A stretch of DNA of 63,868 nucleotides, the filler included, from Calcarisporiella thermophila CBS 279.70 (Eukaryota > Fungi > Calcarisporiellomycota), in the NCBI RefSeq assembly GCF_041956535.1. It is 5 parts of 5 records of this genome, joined end to end, with 100 filler letters (N's around TTAATTAATTAA, not from the genome) between each part and the next. Parts side by side here need not be neighbours in the genome. Positions count along the whole stretch, not along the records: positions 49,497 to 55,280 come from NW_027192205.1; positions 55,381 to 62,125 come from NW_027192212.1; positions 62,226 to 63,868 come from NW_027192207.1; 2 more parts are not named here. One strand, written 5' to 3'. Numbering within the stretch: position 1 is the first letter of the stretch; each line of letters starts with the position of its first letter. The notes under the pieces are model-generated. The model was not told where the DNA came from. It ran no database searches and was given only the letters and a program-made list of their open reading frames with translations. The position numbers were made by a program, and so were the translations under genes. Shown here one piece after another: positions 50,699-62,227 of this stretch.

Positions 50699-51324
50699 TT
50701 GGTCTCCACATCAAAGACAGTTACAGCAGCAACCATAGCCAGGTTATATTTCGACCATGTGTTCAAACTTCATGGATAGACTGAAACTTTTATCTCGGAT
50801 CGCGATCCAAGATTCACAGCTACGGCAATTTCTGGAAAGAGTTACATCAACTGTTGGGTACAAAATTGAATTTCAGCACCGCTTTTCACCCACAGTCAGA
50901 TGGTCAAACTGAGCGTACTAATCAGACGATTGAAAAGATTTTGCGCACTTATGTCCAACAACAATCACCAGAGGAATGGAATCTGTGGCTAACACCAGTT
51001 GAGTTTGCAATTAACAATGCCACACAAGCGTCGACAGGACATTCTCCGTTTATTTTAAACAATGGTAGACACCCTCAATCACCACTATCTACATTAAGAG
51101 GAGGAAAGGATGGAAATAATTCTAAAACTCCCGCAGCGAGTGAGATGGTTACAAAGATACAACATTTAATCCGAGTTGTGAGTGATAATATCAAGGAAGC
51201 CCAAGAATCACAAGCAAAATACGCGGATCGACACCGTCGTAAGTTGGAGTTCAACGTTGGCGATCAAGTCATGCTATCAACTGTAAACCTGGATATCCCG
51301 GTCATCAATACAGAGTTACCGAGG
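50699..51324 (+). mobile_element. Ty3/gypsy integrase fragment, head-to-head with the previous one
   Basis: ISDRDPRF, STAFHPQSDGQTERTN, FNVGDQVML; interrupted at 51325 by an LTR end. Confidence 0.9.
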
Positions 51325-51371
51325 TGTAACAGTTTATTGAGGACGGTTAGATATCCTTATTCTTAAAAAAT

Positions 51372-51930
51372 TGTAACACGACCGAATTCATACTATAATA
51401 TTAATTATAATACTCCCTTATTACATTATTTATTTAATTATTTTTCCTTTTATATACTTATTGACCACAAATTTATTATTGGTGTATTAATGTTCCACTT
51501 AATAGATACTTCCGAGATTCTATTTAAATTCACTCCCTTTTGTTTATTGTTCCTCACCTCTTTCCTGAATTTCATTCTATCTTGAATTGAATTCTATTCT
51601 TTAAGAATAGGGATATCTAACAGTCCTCAAAAACTATTACATTGGTGTTTTCGTCCGGGTAAGGATTAGATGGATAAACCCAAAGGTCAACCAACTGGTA
51701 TTCAACTAGCGGGATACAACAGCTACTCCCCATAATCAAATGGATTGGATACACCGACTCCGAATCAACATGGGAACACCTTGCCAATTTAACAAATGCT
51801 CAAGAATCAATTCAAGAATACGAAGCAAGTCTTGAAGAACAACGTCCTTAAGGAGAGGAGAGTGTAAGAGGATACGTTCCATTATGGATATGCTCATAGC
51901 GCCACGACGATCTTTATGCAACACTATCTA
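51372..51930 (+). mobile_element. LTR (51372-51641) followed by a tRNA-Val-like PBS and decayed gag-like sequence
   Basis: TGTAACA...TATTACA, then TGGTGTTTTCGTCCGGG (complement of a tRNA 3' end CCCGGACGAAAACACCA); the same LTR occurs reversed at 51325-51368 and 61366-61590. Confidence 0.7.
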
Positions 51931-52462
51931 TGCCTTCACTGTTTCTTACTCTTTTGTTTCATAGCCACCTAGTTAAGCTATTAGCCACTTAGCCAAGCCA
52001 TTAGCCACTGCGTTATTTTTTTAACCTTTTAGCTTATAAATATGTACTATTTTCCTTATTTAATTTTAATAACAATAACCATAGTTTTTCCTCCTTAATT
52101 TTCCATTGAACACTGACACATTGACTCCAGTTACAGGCCCTGTAACGGGATCAATGAAAGCTTTGCCTGATGGAGCCTCATGCTTCAACATGGGCCACGT
52201 GCGCATGTGCATAGGATTATCTTGGATGTCTGGGATAGTTCTATCACCATGTAATCCATCCGATGGGATAAAGAGTAAATGCACCAATATTTATTGTTTT
52301 CACCAAATAAAATGAGGATTATCGAAAAGTATTCTCCCCAAAAGGGGCCAATAGTAGCCACTACTACGTTAATATTAGGAACAAACGACACTGAATTTAC
52401 ACGCGGATAAATTGCCATTGTTGGTTGACGTCGTCATCCTGCAAATATGTAAATAAGAGAAG

Positions 52463-55280
52463 CCCTACAAAAAGTCTTTTTAAGGAAAATGCTTAAAAAC
52501 CTATGCCAAAATTGTAGGGTACAATATAAAAAATTATAGAATTGCGGTAAAAATTGACCGGTGGGTATAAGAAAATTGGTAGGTGACCATATAGAAAAGT
52601 CACGTGACTCTACCCTTTTGGCTTGGAAATTAGGTATTTGGCCTGAAAGTAATTCGTCAAATTTTGCTCGGCTGTGACCACCGGCCGGAAAAAAAAAAAA
52701 AAACTTAGAAAAAAATTTATCTTTAAAAAACATATCTTAATAAAATAAAATATTTAAGAGAATATAAAAGATCGTAATAATAAACTTTAATATTGAGTTA
52801 TACGGTATAAAACTTGTTTTATAGATTTATTCACCAGAAGTAAGACTAGTAAAGTGTTCTTTGTCGACGATATATGTCGTCCTTCCCTTTTGAATCCATC
52901 CAACACACCTATCCAGTACTGTCACTTCAACAAATTCCCATGAGCCACGAGTGGTAAAGCTCCTTATATCATATCTATCACGCTCACATTTGCCTGCCCA
53001 GTGCACATATGCTTACATATGGTTTCTGCCTCGATATATATGATGGAAATAAAACTAAGTATACAAAGTTTATATTTAGGTTAAATTCGAGGTTCATACA
53101 TTTTCAATGTAATAAAAGACTGGGTATACTTACTTCAACTTCTGCGTAAAGTTCTTTTTCCACCAATTCTTCAGGTCTTTTATGATACTTGGCATATCGG
53201 TCAATAAGCATTATAGCCTATAAATAATATAGTACAATGGATATTGTTAAATAAGTTACATTATTTCTAATTATTTGGATACAATTTTTTCGAGCTTGTA
53301 TCAATAATAAACTTACAGCAACTGTATGGTTAATGCGTCTGAAATCATCGAAATATTTACGACATTTCTTCGAGCCCAGGATGTGCCCATCCTTTGTTCG
53401 GAGTCTGCCGTATTGAAAGCCTGTTCTTGGGACATCCTATAATGAAATAACAAACATTACTTGATTGATTCAGCAAGAAGTTTAGCAATACAAAGCTGAC
53501 CTTCACTTCAGAAAGTGCTATTTCGTGGAAAGTAGCATAATGTTCTCTGAGACGGCGATATTCCAGTTCGTCTAGCATATATTTCCTTTTGGGCCAATAT
53601 AATTCTTCCACATAATCGGGTAAACCCAAGATGTTATCTAACACCCATGAGGCAGAGGAATTTCGAACCATAGAGGTGAAGGAAGAGTTAAATTGAATAT
53701 GATTTAATTGCTCGCGTAACTTCACTTGGTTTGTAAGCGAAACGTATGGATGAGATTTTGATCTAATTCCACAATCAATGGAGAAAAATTTTAGAGTTGG
53801 TTATTAAATCGACCATATACCAGAGATGGCAGCAGAATATCATACCTTACAAAAGGAATAAGCATGCCGCAATAGCTTTCCATAGGAAATTGCCAGAATG
53901 ACCAAGGTGGACCATAATCCTGGATAGAATCGGCAACATGCAAGAGATAGTGGAAAACAATCCGATGGGCGGATAGAAGCTCATTATTGTTTCCAGAATA
54001 CTCGCTAAATTGCCCAAAATCAAAACCACAAAATCAATAATAGAAGCTTTACGATATAATCCAAATGAAATATACCGCGCGTAGTGGTGATAAAACATGT
54101 ATAATTTTTTACGTATCTCCTGAATATTTTTGCCTGTCAGAGTCCAAGAAAGACAAATTCTCATGGCTGAGACGAATTGATACCAACCGCTCATGACACT
54201 AGAATTGATCAATGAATATAGTTAATAGCAAAATGACTTAGTTAAAAAAAAGGCAGACACTATTTAAACATTTATTTCCTATACCTGGGAGGCATATGAT
54301 CTTTGAGAAAAACGAGTGAATATAAAGCTACCCAATTCATCCACTCTTCTGCCTTGAAGCCCTTATTGTATTTGTAGATGTCACGAGGTGGCTTTCCAAA
54401 ATCCATTGGAATATTTTTTTGACATTCCTCCATATCGGCACCGATTTTCTCCCAAGTTGAATTAGGAAGAATGTGGTCGCGATTTATCTCAGCCCCCTCA
54501 GGAAACGGATAATCATCAGTCCAATGAGAATACATGAGGGATGCTATAACGTTGTAATGTTGCCGAGTAGAGAAGTTGAGAGTTAGAAGAATTGGGCATG
54601 CAATGCAGAATATATAAATAAAATATTAATAAATCAAAGCTCACCAATATTCTCAAAAAACAGGTGCATGATATCAATGGGAAATGACCTCGTAAGAGAA
54701 GTTGTCCCAAGCTCTAAAAGTATTGTTCGATTTTTGACACCTATTTCGCAGGATCAGCAACATTATATAATAGGATATCAGGTTGTAAATTACTGAGGAA
54801 AGATAAACAAAATTTCAATGATTTTCTCACCAGTAGACTGTATTAGTATTTTATGCTCTTGTTTGAAATGCTTTTCTACTTCATCTAATTGCTGCAATAT
54901 TTCGATAGTTTGTTCATGTGTCCTTGGTGATGGCAAGTGCTGTCCCTCAAGAGGATAATAAACTCGTCGCTTATGTTCACAGTATTTGCCACGAATATTA
55001 CAGAAGCGACAGCCGTAATACGAATTATGCCCTGTGAATCCAATTAACTTTGTGATTGCAGGGATATCATCAGACCAAAAAACGACATATGCAGAGAGAA
55101 TAAAGTGCTCTTTTTTAAATCCATCATAACACGGAATGCCGCCTAAGTCGCAAAATGTATTCAATGTATCTCCAATACTATAGTATATCGTATATTGGAA
55201 TATTAAATTATTTAATCATATATTTGAACTTACCTTCAAGTAGCTTTAATTCATCTATGAGCGGGACTAAAAATGAATTG
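52463..55280 (-). mobile_element. CACTA/EnSpm-like (CMC) transposon with an intron-containing Transposase_21-type gene
   Basis: GHNSYYGCRFC, FPIDIMHLFFEN, FKAEEWMNW and FWQFPMESYCG motifs; terminus CCCTACAAAAA at 52463; truncated by gap. Confidence 0.8.
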
Positions 55281-55393
55281 NNNNNNNNNNNNNNNNNNNN
55301 NNNNNNNNNNNNNNNNNNNNNNNNTTAATTAATTAANNNNNNNNNNNNNNNNNNNNNNNNNNNNNNNNNNNNNNNNNNNNCTTCACCAATTTG

Positions 55394-56257
55394 CTATATT
55401 ATTATTATTAAGGTGAGGACATCTAATGATTTTCGGGATATGATTATTATTTTGATTAAAGACCAATTTGCTATATTATTATTATTAAGTCTACCAAAAA
55501 GGACCGCTACACATATTGTAGTCCAGACATTTTTATTGCGCTCGCATATCACCAAAGGGTCAGCGCGTTCACAGACCACTCGGCGGAGCGCTTCGTGGCC
55601 ACTCACAGGATGATACCCCCGCACCCACGGCTGACGTATTGGGCCGTGTTGACAATAATCACCAGCCACCACTGTCCCGCCCTGGCAAGGCCCCTTCCAC
55701 GGAAGAATAAACCTATCCTGGCCAATGGTCACCACGATATTGTCAGTCTCATATTTCATGATGAGCTTTGTGTCAAACATGGCAGGTGTTGGAAGAGCAC
55801 TCTCAGCTGCCACCAGTTCAGCTGCAGCGGATGGGAGCGCGAAAAGATGTTTTCCACCCTGCACCTTAATGCGGCCGGCGGTAGATGTGCTGCTTTCAGG
55901 TGTAATCTCTGCTCGGATTGGCCTCAATTTGATTTGTACGATGTTAATGGCAGCCGATATCGCTTCCCCAAATTGCGCGTCCAATTCGCTTGGTTCCTCA
56001 TCCTCTTCGCATTGCCAAGGCTGCAGTTCATGATTGTAATCCCCAAACCATTCCTGTAGTTCTTCCACTAACGGGTCTAAGATGGCTCCATAGTCGATCG
56101 GCCTAGTGTATGTATTCCTAGGTAGGTTCTGTTGCCCAGAATAATGGGCCCATCCCATGGACGGAATCTCTGTCTTTTGTCTCTGCCTTACTTGATCGGT
56201 TGGCATCACGTCGATCCTCATCCTATAATTCTCACACGGTATGTCAGTGATTTTCAT
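55394..56257 (-). CDS. Orphan intronless GC-rich ORF (287 aa); C-terminal end runs into an AT-rich repeat
   Basis: Long open frame with composition unlike its flanks; no motif recognised. Confidence 0.4.
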   Translation of the reverse strand: MKITDIPCENYRMRIDVMPTDQVRQRQKTEIPSMGWAHYSGQQNLPRNTYTRPIDYGAILDPLVEELQEWFGDYNHELQPWQCEEDEEPSELDAQFGEAISAAINIVQIKLRPIRAEITPESSTSTAGRIKVQGGKHLFALPSAAAELVAAESALPTPAMFDTKLIMKYETDNIVVTIGQDRFILPWKGPCQGGTVVAGDYCQHGPIRQPWVRGYHPVSGHEALRRVVCERADPLVICERNKNVWTTICVAVLFGRLNNNNIANWSLIKIIIISRKSLDVLTLIIII

Positions 56258-57204
56258 ATTGATGGTTGCGAGATAGCCTTCAAAAAAGAAAATTCCTAAT
56301 CTAAATAATTTTCAAGAAAAAGAGTTTTTTACAAGTTCATATAAATAGTAAAATCGGGAGTGGGAAGTTGTAGCTGTTTGACGCAACTATTGTACCTCTA
56401 TTTGGAGATATAAAACGAAATAATGAAACTAAAAAACATGGATCCAAATTCTTATGCGAGTGTAATAAGACACCCTCCGGAGAAAAATTTTTTTTTGATA
56501 CGAGGCCAATTTAATTGAATAAAAAATTTTTGGACTCTTCTCCCTATGAACCTAAGAAACTTTTGAGAGATGCTTTAAAAGAAATGGGTATATATACAAA
56601 AGAAAATTTTTAATGAATGTTGTGTAAACGAGGTCGAAACTTGGTCGTATTACATATTGGCGGATAGCTGTTGCTTTGTCGTCAATAGGTCAAGGTCATT
56701 GGAAAGTAGAGTTTCTGATACCAAACATGCCAAGTTCATTTCCTCATTTCAATTCATGTAATAATACTATATTCGTCACCAATTCTTGCGACCATATCTT
56801 CAAAGTAGTTTCTACATTCCAAGATCCGATTTTATCTTAAAAGAGTAATTATTTGAAACTGCTAGGTTGACAGCCAGTTAAATAAAAGTCACGTGAAAAA
56901 CCTCAACCCAAAAAATCAGTTTTCTCAGACTTACACCCCTACATTTACCAGTTTTTAATTTGTTTTATCAGGGCAAATCGTTGTTTTATAAATTGTTTCT
57001 ACCCGATTTCCATACAATGTTTTTTTGTAGGGTAATGGGTACCCCATTGTTTGCAGAGGAATAGCGGTATAAGTGAGTTTTTCAGTGGTATAAATGTTTT
57101 GTGCATTGGAGCCATATATAAAGAAATATGTAGTTGAATATAAAAATAATAAGGTGTCAAGAAACTTCTGGGAGGTACTGTATTTTAGTCAATATTATTG
57201 ACTA

Positions 57205-58831
57205 CAAGTAGGGAAAAACGTGACAGCGTGTTTTAACAATTTTCCTTTGAATGCTCATATCTCCTGAATGGATGGAATATTTTACAAGCGGCTTTATTAT
57301 TAAACGCTGTTAGATCTACACTATGTGCTGTTCCAACCGCTACCCCGGTTATAAATGCATTACTGGTAAAACTAGGATACCATTGAATAGCACCCCGAAT
57401 TTATGGGAAAATAATATCTTTATAAATACCGATGTGTGCCGAAGATGCCCAAATACTTTTATATTTTCTCCACCATTCCATCTAAATATTTTTTATTTGC
57501 AACGGTGACGCTTTTATTTTTTAACAATATCTTGGAGCCAATTCGTAAAAAGATTCGAGAACGTGTGCTTGAACTTTCAAGAAAGGGAGAGTCCACACGT
57601 AAGGTTGCAGCACGAATGGGAATAAGCTGTGAAACTGCTAGAAAGATCATCAAGGAATGGAGCACCCCGAAATATCCTCCTATGAAGCCAAAATATGGTC
57701 GTCCACGTAGTCTAAGTGAATCAGATGAGAAATACATCACTAAGAAGGCGTCAACCGGAGAGTGTTCTAAGCTTGCCGACTTGCAGCAAGTTATCAAAGA
57801 AGAGCTCAATAAGAGCGTAACAAACAAAATTGTAAAAATGATGCTTAGGCGTCACGAAGTAAAGCCTCGATCAAAGCCTAGGAAGCCATTGCTGCTCCCG
57901 CGCCATTTTAAAGCTTGATTCAAATTCACAGCTCAACTTGTTAGATGGGATTTTCAGACCATTCAAACCATAATATTCTCGGATGAAACCATTGTACTCA
58001 TTTTACAGACCAGGGGAAAGGAATACACATACGTAAAGAAGGGGCAGCCTCTGCGTGAGTGCAATATTATTCCAACCACGAAACAGGGAAATGAGGCAAT
58101 CATGGTATGGGGCTGCATTACTTCGCAAGGAGTGGGACTTCTACTTCGCGTGGAAGGCGGAATAAATGCTAGGATGTATCAGATCCTTTTAGATGAGGGT
58201 TTTCTTGGAACACTCGAACGGTACGGGATGGACAAGGACAAGAACGTATTCCAACATGATAACGCCCCCCCCTCATATCGCCAAGTCAACTCAAACGTGG
58301 CTGCGAGATCGCAATATCAGGGTCTTAGAATGGCCTGCTCAATCACCAGACTTGAATCCCATAGAAAACGCGTGGAGCCTCTTGAAGAGGAGGCTTCAAG
58401 ATTATCCTACTCGGCCAAAGGATAGGGAAGTGCTCTGGGGACGATTCAAATACACGTGGGAGAATATAGAAAAGACTTATATTGATAACCTATACGAGAG
58501 TATGTTGAGGAGATTCCGAGCTGTCTATTAAGCTAGAGGAGGATATACGAAGTATTAAAATATTTATGTGAAATAACGATAATAAATATGTCTTCAATTT
58601 TATCATGAAGGCCATTTTTCCCGAGCATCTATATTAATACCCATGGTATTTTAGAAAATGTATTTATAACCGGGGTAGCGGTTGGAACAGCACATAGCGT
58701 AGATCTAACAGCGTTTAATAATAAAGCCGCTTGTATAATATTCCATCCATTCAAGAGANNNNNNNNNNNNNNNNNNNNTGAGCATTCAAAGGAAAATTGT
58801 TAAAACGCGCTGTCACATTTTTCCCTACTTG
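57205..58831 (+). mobile_element. Tc1/mariner element with long (~155 bp) TIRs and TA TSD; transposase interrupted
   Basis: TA-CAAGTAGGGAAAA...TTTTCCCTACTTG-TA; HTH GRPR, FSDE, VWGCIT, QHDNAP, WPAQSPDLNPIEN; TGA at 57916 and a frameshift in a C-run at ~58265. Confidence 0.92.
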
Positions 58832-59139
58832 TAGGCAGAGGCCGAGCATATCAATGCTGTATTAAGTATAGATGCGTTCGGCTTCTGCCTATTATTTCCT
58901 TCTTTGTTCTCGATTCTGGAGCTTTTCATCCGAATTTCGGCAATTTAGACCTTGTTTCAGAATTTCGATCCTGAATAGGTAGATAGTATTTGAAAGTTTT
59001 CATGATGTAATTGGATTTTTTAGAATAGATGAAAAGTATAAATAACGCGGCATGAGTTCATTTTTTTTTTTTTGAATTTTTTATCATATTCAAATAAATA
59101 TAGTTGATTCTTATTCCACCATCAGTTAACTTCCTGGTC

Positions 59140-60801
59140 ATGATTACTATTGTACAGGACGGCAAATCGCAAAATTCGATAACTTCTTTCAAATATACGC
59201 CAGGTCTTTATAACGTACCGGAGGTACCAAAGACGATAGCTCTACAAGTTAAAGGCTGCATTCCGTCCTGGTTGAAGGGTGTCCTGTACCGTATGGGACC
59301 AGGCATGTTTGATGTTCCGCTTGACAACAGACCGGACGAATATTACACCGTACCGCATTGGTTCGATTCCTTGCCACAAGTACACCGCTTTGAGATCACT
59401 GACAAGGGTGAAGTGCTGTATTTCAATCGTAACATTGCCCCAGAACTACAGAAAAAGCTAGCTTCCGAGGGTAGCAATTCAAATTATTACAGTTTTGGAC
59501 CTGACCCCTGCCGATATATATACCGCAAGGACATGACCGTCTTCAAGGAGAGGCCGTTCATGATCGATGGTGATCCACGCTTTGTCAATGCCAACCTCAG
59601 CATCGTACCAAACTTTCCAGGTTTTCCTGTAAACGATTCCAAAACTGTCTCCAACTTGGTGGCTACCATCGATAGTAATGCGCTGGAAGAACTGGATCCA
59701 GATACACTTGTGCCGCTACAGTTTACCAACTATGATCACTTGGATCCGGAATTGAACGGAGAGTTTTCCACGGGCCATCCCGCGATTGATCCAGATACAA
59801 ATGAGCTATTCAATATTACGTATAAAATAGGAAAGCCATACAGTCGCTATCAGGCTTTTGGCGTTCGAAACAATCCCGAGGACCCCACATGACCTGTTGT
59901 AACCAAGTACCAGCCAATCGAAGCCAGACTGAGCTATTTGCACTCTTTCTCCCTGACTAAAAACTACGTAGTACTTGTGCACTGGCAATGTTTCCTTGAT
60001 GCTGATCTAATGCGGTCAACTAAAAGTGTTGCTGGGGGAGTTTGTGACTTTGATGCCACAATTCCCACCGTGTTCTATGTTTTCAGTCGTCGCACGCAGA
60101 AACTCGTGGGTGTATATAAAACACCACCTTTCTATTGCTTCCACACCACCAATGCATATGAAGACAACAACGGCGATATTATAGTGGACCTCTCACACCT
60201 CCCAAATAATAGCATTATTCACCATTTCATGATGCAGAATATCCGGAAATTCCCACTAACCCCTGGTCACCAAAAGGATTACAATCACATAGTTCGCTTC
60301 CGCCTTGCCAACCCGGAGTGTACCCCTACTTGCACCTCTTTAAGCACACCCATTACTAATTTCCAAAAACTACCTGATGCGCAAATCGACTTTCGTACTA
60401 CTGGCGAAGCCCGACAGGAATTGAACACCATTAATCCAAACCGACGCTTGAAATCTTATCGTTATGTCTATGGCATTTGCAATTCTGGTCGTGGAGTGAT
60501 GCCACTCTTTGATCGTATTGTAAAATCTGATTTGGAAAGTAATCATGAAAATGGAACTCGACATTGGATTTGGGAGCAACCTAGTTGTACACCCTCAGAG
60601 CCTATCTTTGTTCCGTGTCCCAATGCTAAGGAAGAGGATGAGGGAGTGGTATTGAGTGTTGTGCTAGATGGAACTCGAAACACCAGCTTCTTACTAATTC
60701 TGGATGCCAAAGATTTGACTGAAGTCGCTCGCGCAGAATTAGATTTGGATACAATCATAGCCCCAGGTTTTCATGGTTATTTCAAAATTCAGTCCAATTA
60801 G
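59140..60801 (+). pseudogene. Intronless carotenoid cleavage oxygenase (RPE65/CCO family; CarS/Tsp3/AcaA-like) with single in-frame TGA at 59890-92
   Basis: GCIPSWLKGVLYRMGPG, HWFD, four Fe-binding His (TGHP, YLHSF, CFHTTNAYE, GFHG), PSEPIFVP...EDEG; both halves in the same frame. Confidence 0.85.
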
Positions 60802-60959
60802 AACCATTTTAGACAACCTGGTATGAATTCATGAATAAGTAATTTTTATCAGTTTTGTATTACATAATTATATTAATTGCTCAAATAAATTATACTGTTA
60901 AAGTTTTGAACAGTTTTAATAGAATAACTTGGAATAATCTTATATATCCAAGATTATTC

Positions 60960-61365
60960 CGTCCATTTTCCGTCGCACCGTTGTCTATAGACAACGGTGC
61001 GAAAGAACAACAACTGGAACTCAAGGGAAACAACAACTCCGAGCTAGACGCTTTGTTAACTAAATTCGCTGATTCTTTCCTGAAGATCTACCAAAGGGAC
61101 TTCCATCAGAGAGACACAGAGCACACTATTCCGCTTCTTGAAGTTTTGACACCACCGCCCTCTTGTGTATATCGAATGTCCAATAGAGAACTTGTAGAGC
61201 TTAAGAAGCAAATACAAGACCTCCTCGATAAAGAATGGATAAGGCCATCGACCTCACCCTACGGCGCTCCAACATTATTCGTTAACAAGAAGGACGGTTC
61301 CTTAAGTCTTTGTGTGGATTACAGGCAATTGAATGCCATCACTATCAAGAACCGATATGCATTAC
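60960..61365 (+). mobile_element. Ty3/gypsy reverse transcriptase N-terminal remnant
   Basis: [33 protein letters not shown]; cut by an LTR at 61366. Confidence 0.88.
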
Positions 61366-61590
61366 TGTAACAGTTTTGAGGACTGTTAGATATCCTTATT
61401 CTTTAAGAATAGAATTTAATTCAAGATAGAATGGAATTCGGGAAAGAGGTGAGGGACAATAAACAAAAGGGAATGAATTTAAATAGAATCTCGGGAGTAT
61501 CTAAGTAAAACATCAATACACCAATGATAAATTTGTGGTCAATAAGTATATAAAAGTTAATTAAATAAGTAAATAATGTAAATAAGCTCA
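61366..61590 (-). mobile_element. LTR fragment of the 51372-51641 family
   Basis: High similarity to the reverse complement of ~51420-51641. Confidence 0.8.
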
Positions 61591-61604
61591 AAGGGAGAAG
61601 CTTA

Positions 61605-62085
61605 GGCACAAAATTACTCTTGCCCTTCCAGTCGAGACTCGGTGGCTCTCTTACTCAAAATGCATGGAATCCGTTTTGTCCTCGCGGTTACCTCTTCAAA
61701 TTGCAGCTTTGGAGCTCGCTTCAGAGGAATTGCGCTGTTTACTTCAAGATCCGTGGTGGGACAAGGCAGAAGAATTGAGAAACATTATTAAGCCAATTAC
61801 GGATGTTATTATTGATTTTGAAAGAGACATTACCCGCCTTTCACTAGTCAATCAACACTACTTTTCACTAATGAAAATGGCTGTGCAACTACCCGACAAT
61901 CAGAACAAAGGCTAGATAGAAAAGGTTGCTATTCGTTTCAATTTTATCAAGAAGCCTGTGATGATGGTGGCTCACATACTCGATCCTAAGCACTCAGCGT
62001 TCAATTATGCAATTAAATCTCTTGAAGATGTAAAAAAATTCCTACGGGAAAGGTATCCACAAAAAGAGTTGAGTGATATATTTAC
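61605..62085 (+). mobile_element. hAT transposase fragment
   Basis: LPVETRWLS, WWDKAEELRNIIKPI...FE and AHILDP motifs. Confidence 0.7.
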
Positions 62086-62227
62086 CGAGGGTGTGTTTTT
62101 ACAATCCTTGTGTTTTTACAATCCTNNNNNNNNNNNNNNNNNNNNNNNNNNNNNNNNNNNNNNNNNNNNTTAATTAATTAANNNNNNNNNNNNNNNNNNN
62201 NNNNNNNNNNNNNNNNNNNNNNNNNTA

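Noticed and set aside
51350-51362. ATATCCTT as a U12-type 5' splice site (also at ~61390)
   Set aside because: Lies inside an LTR, not in a gene intron.
51325-51641. Apparent MITE with ~40-bp terminal inverted repeats
   Set aside because: Better explained as two copies of one LTR in opposite orientation, one followed by a PBS.
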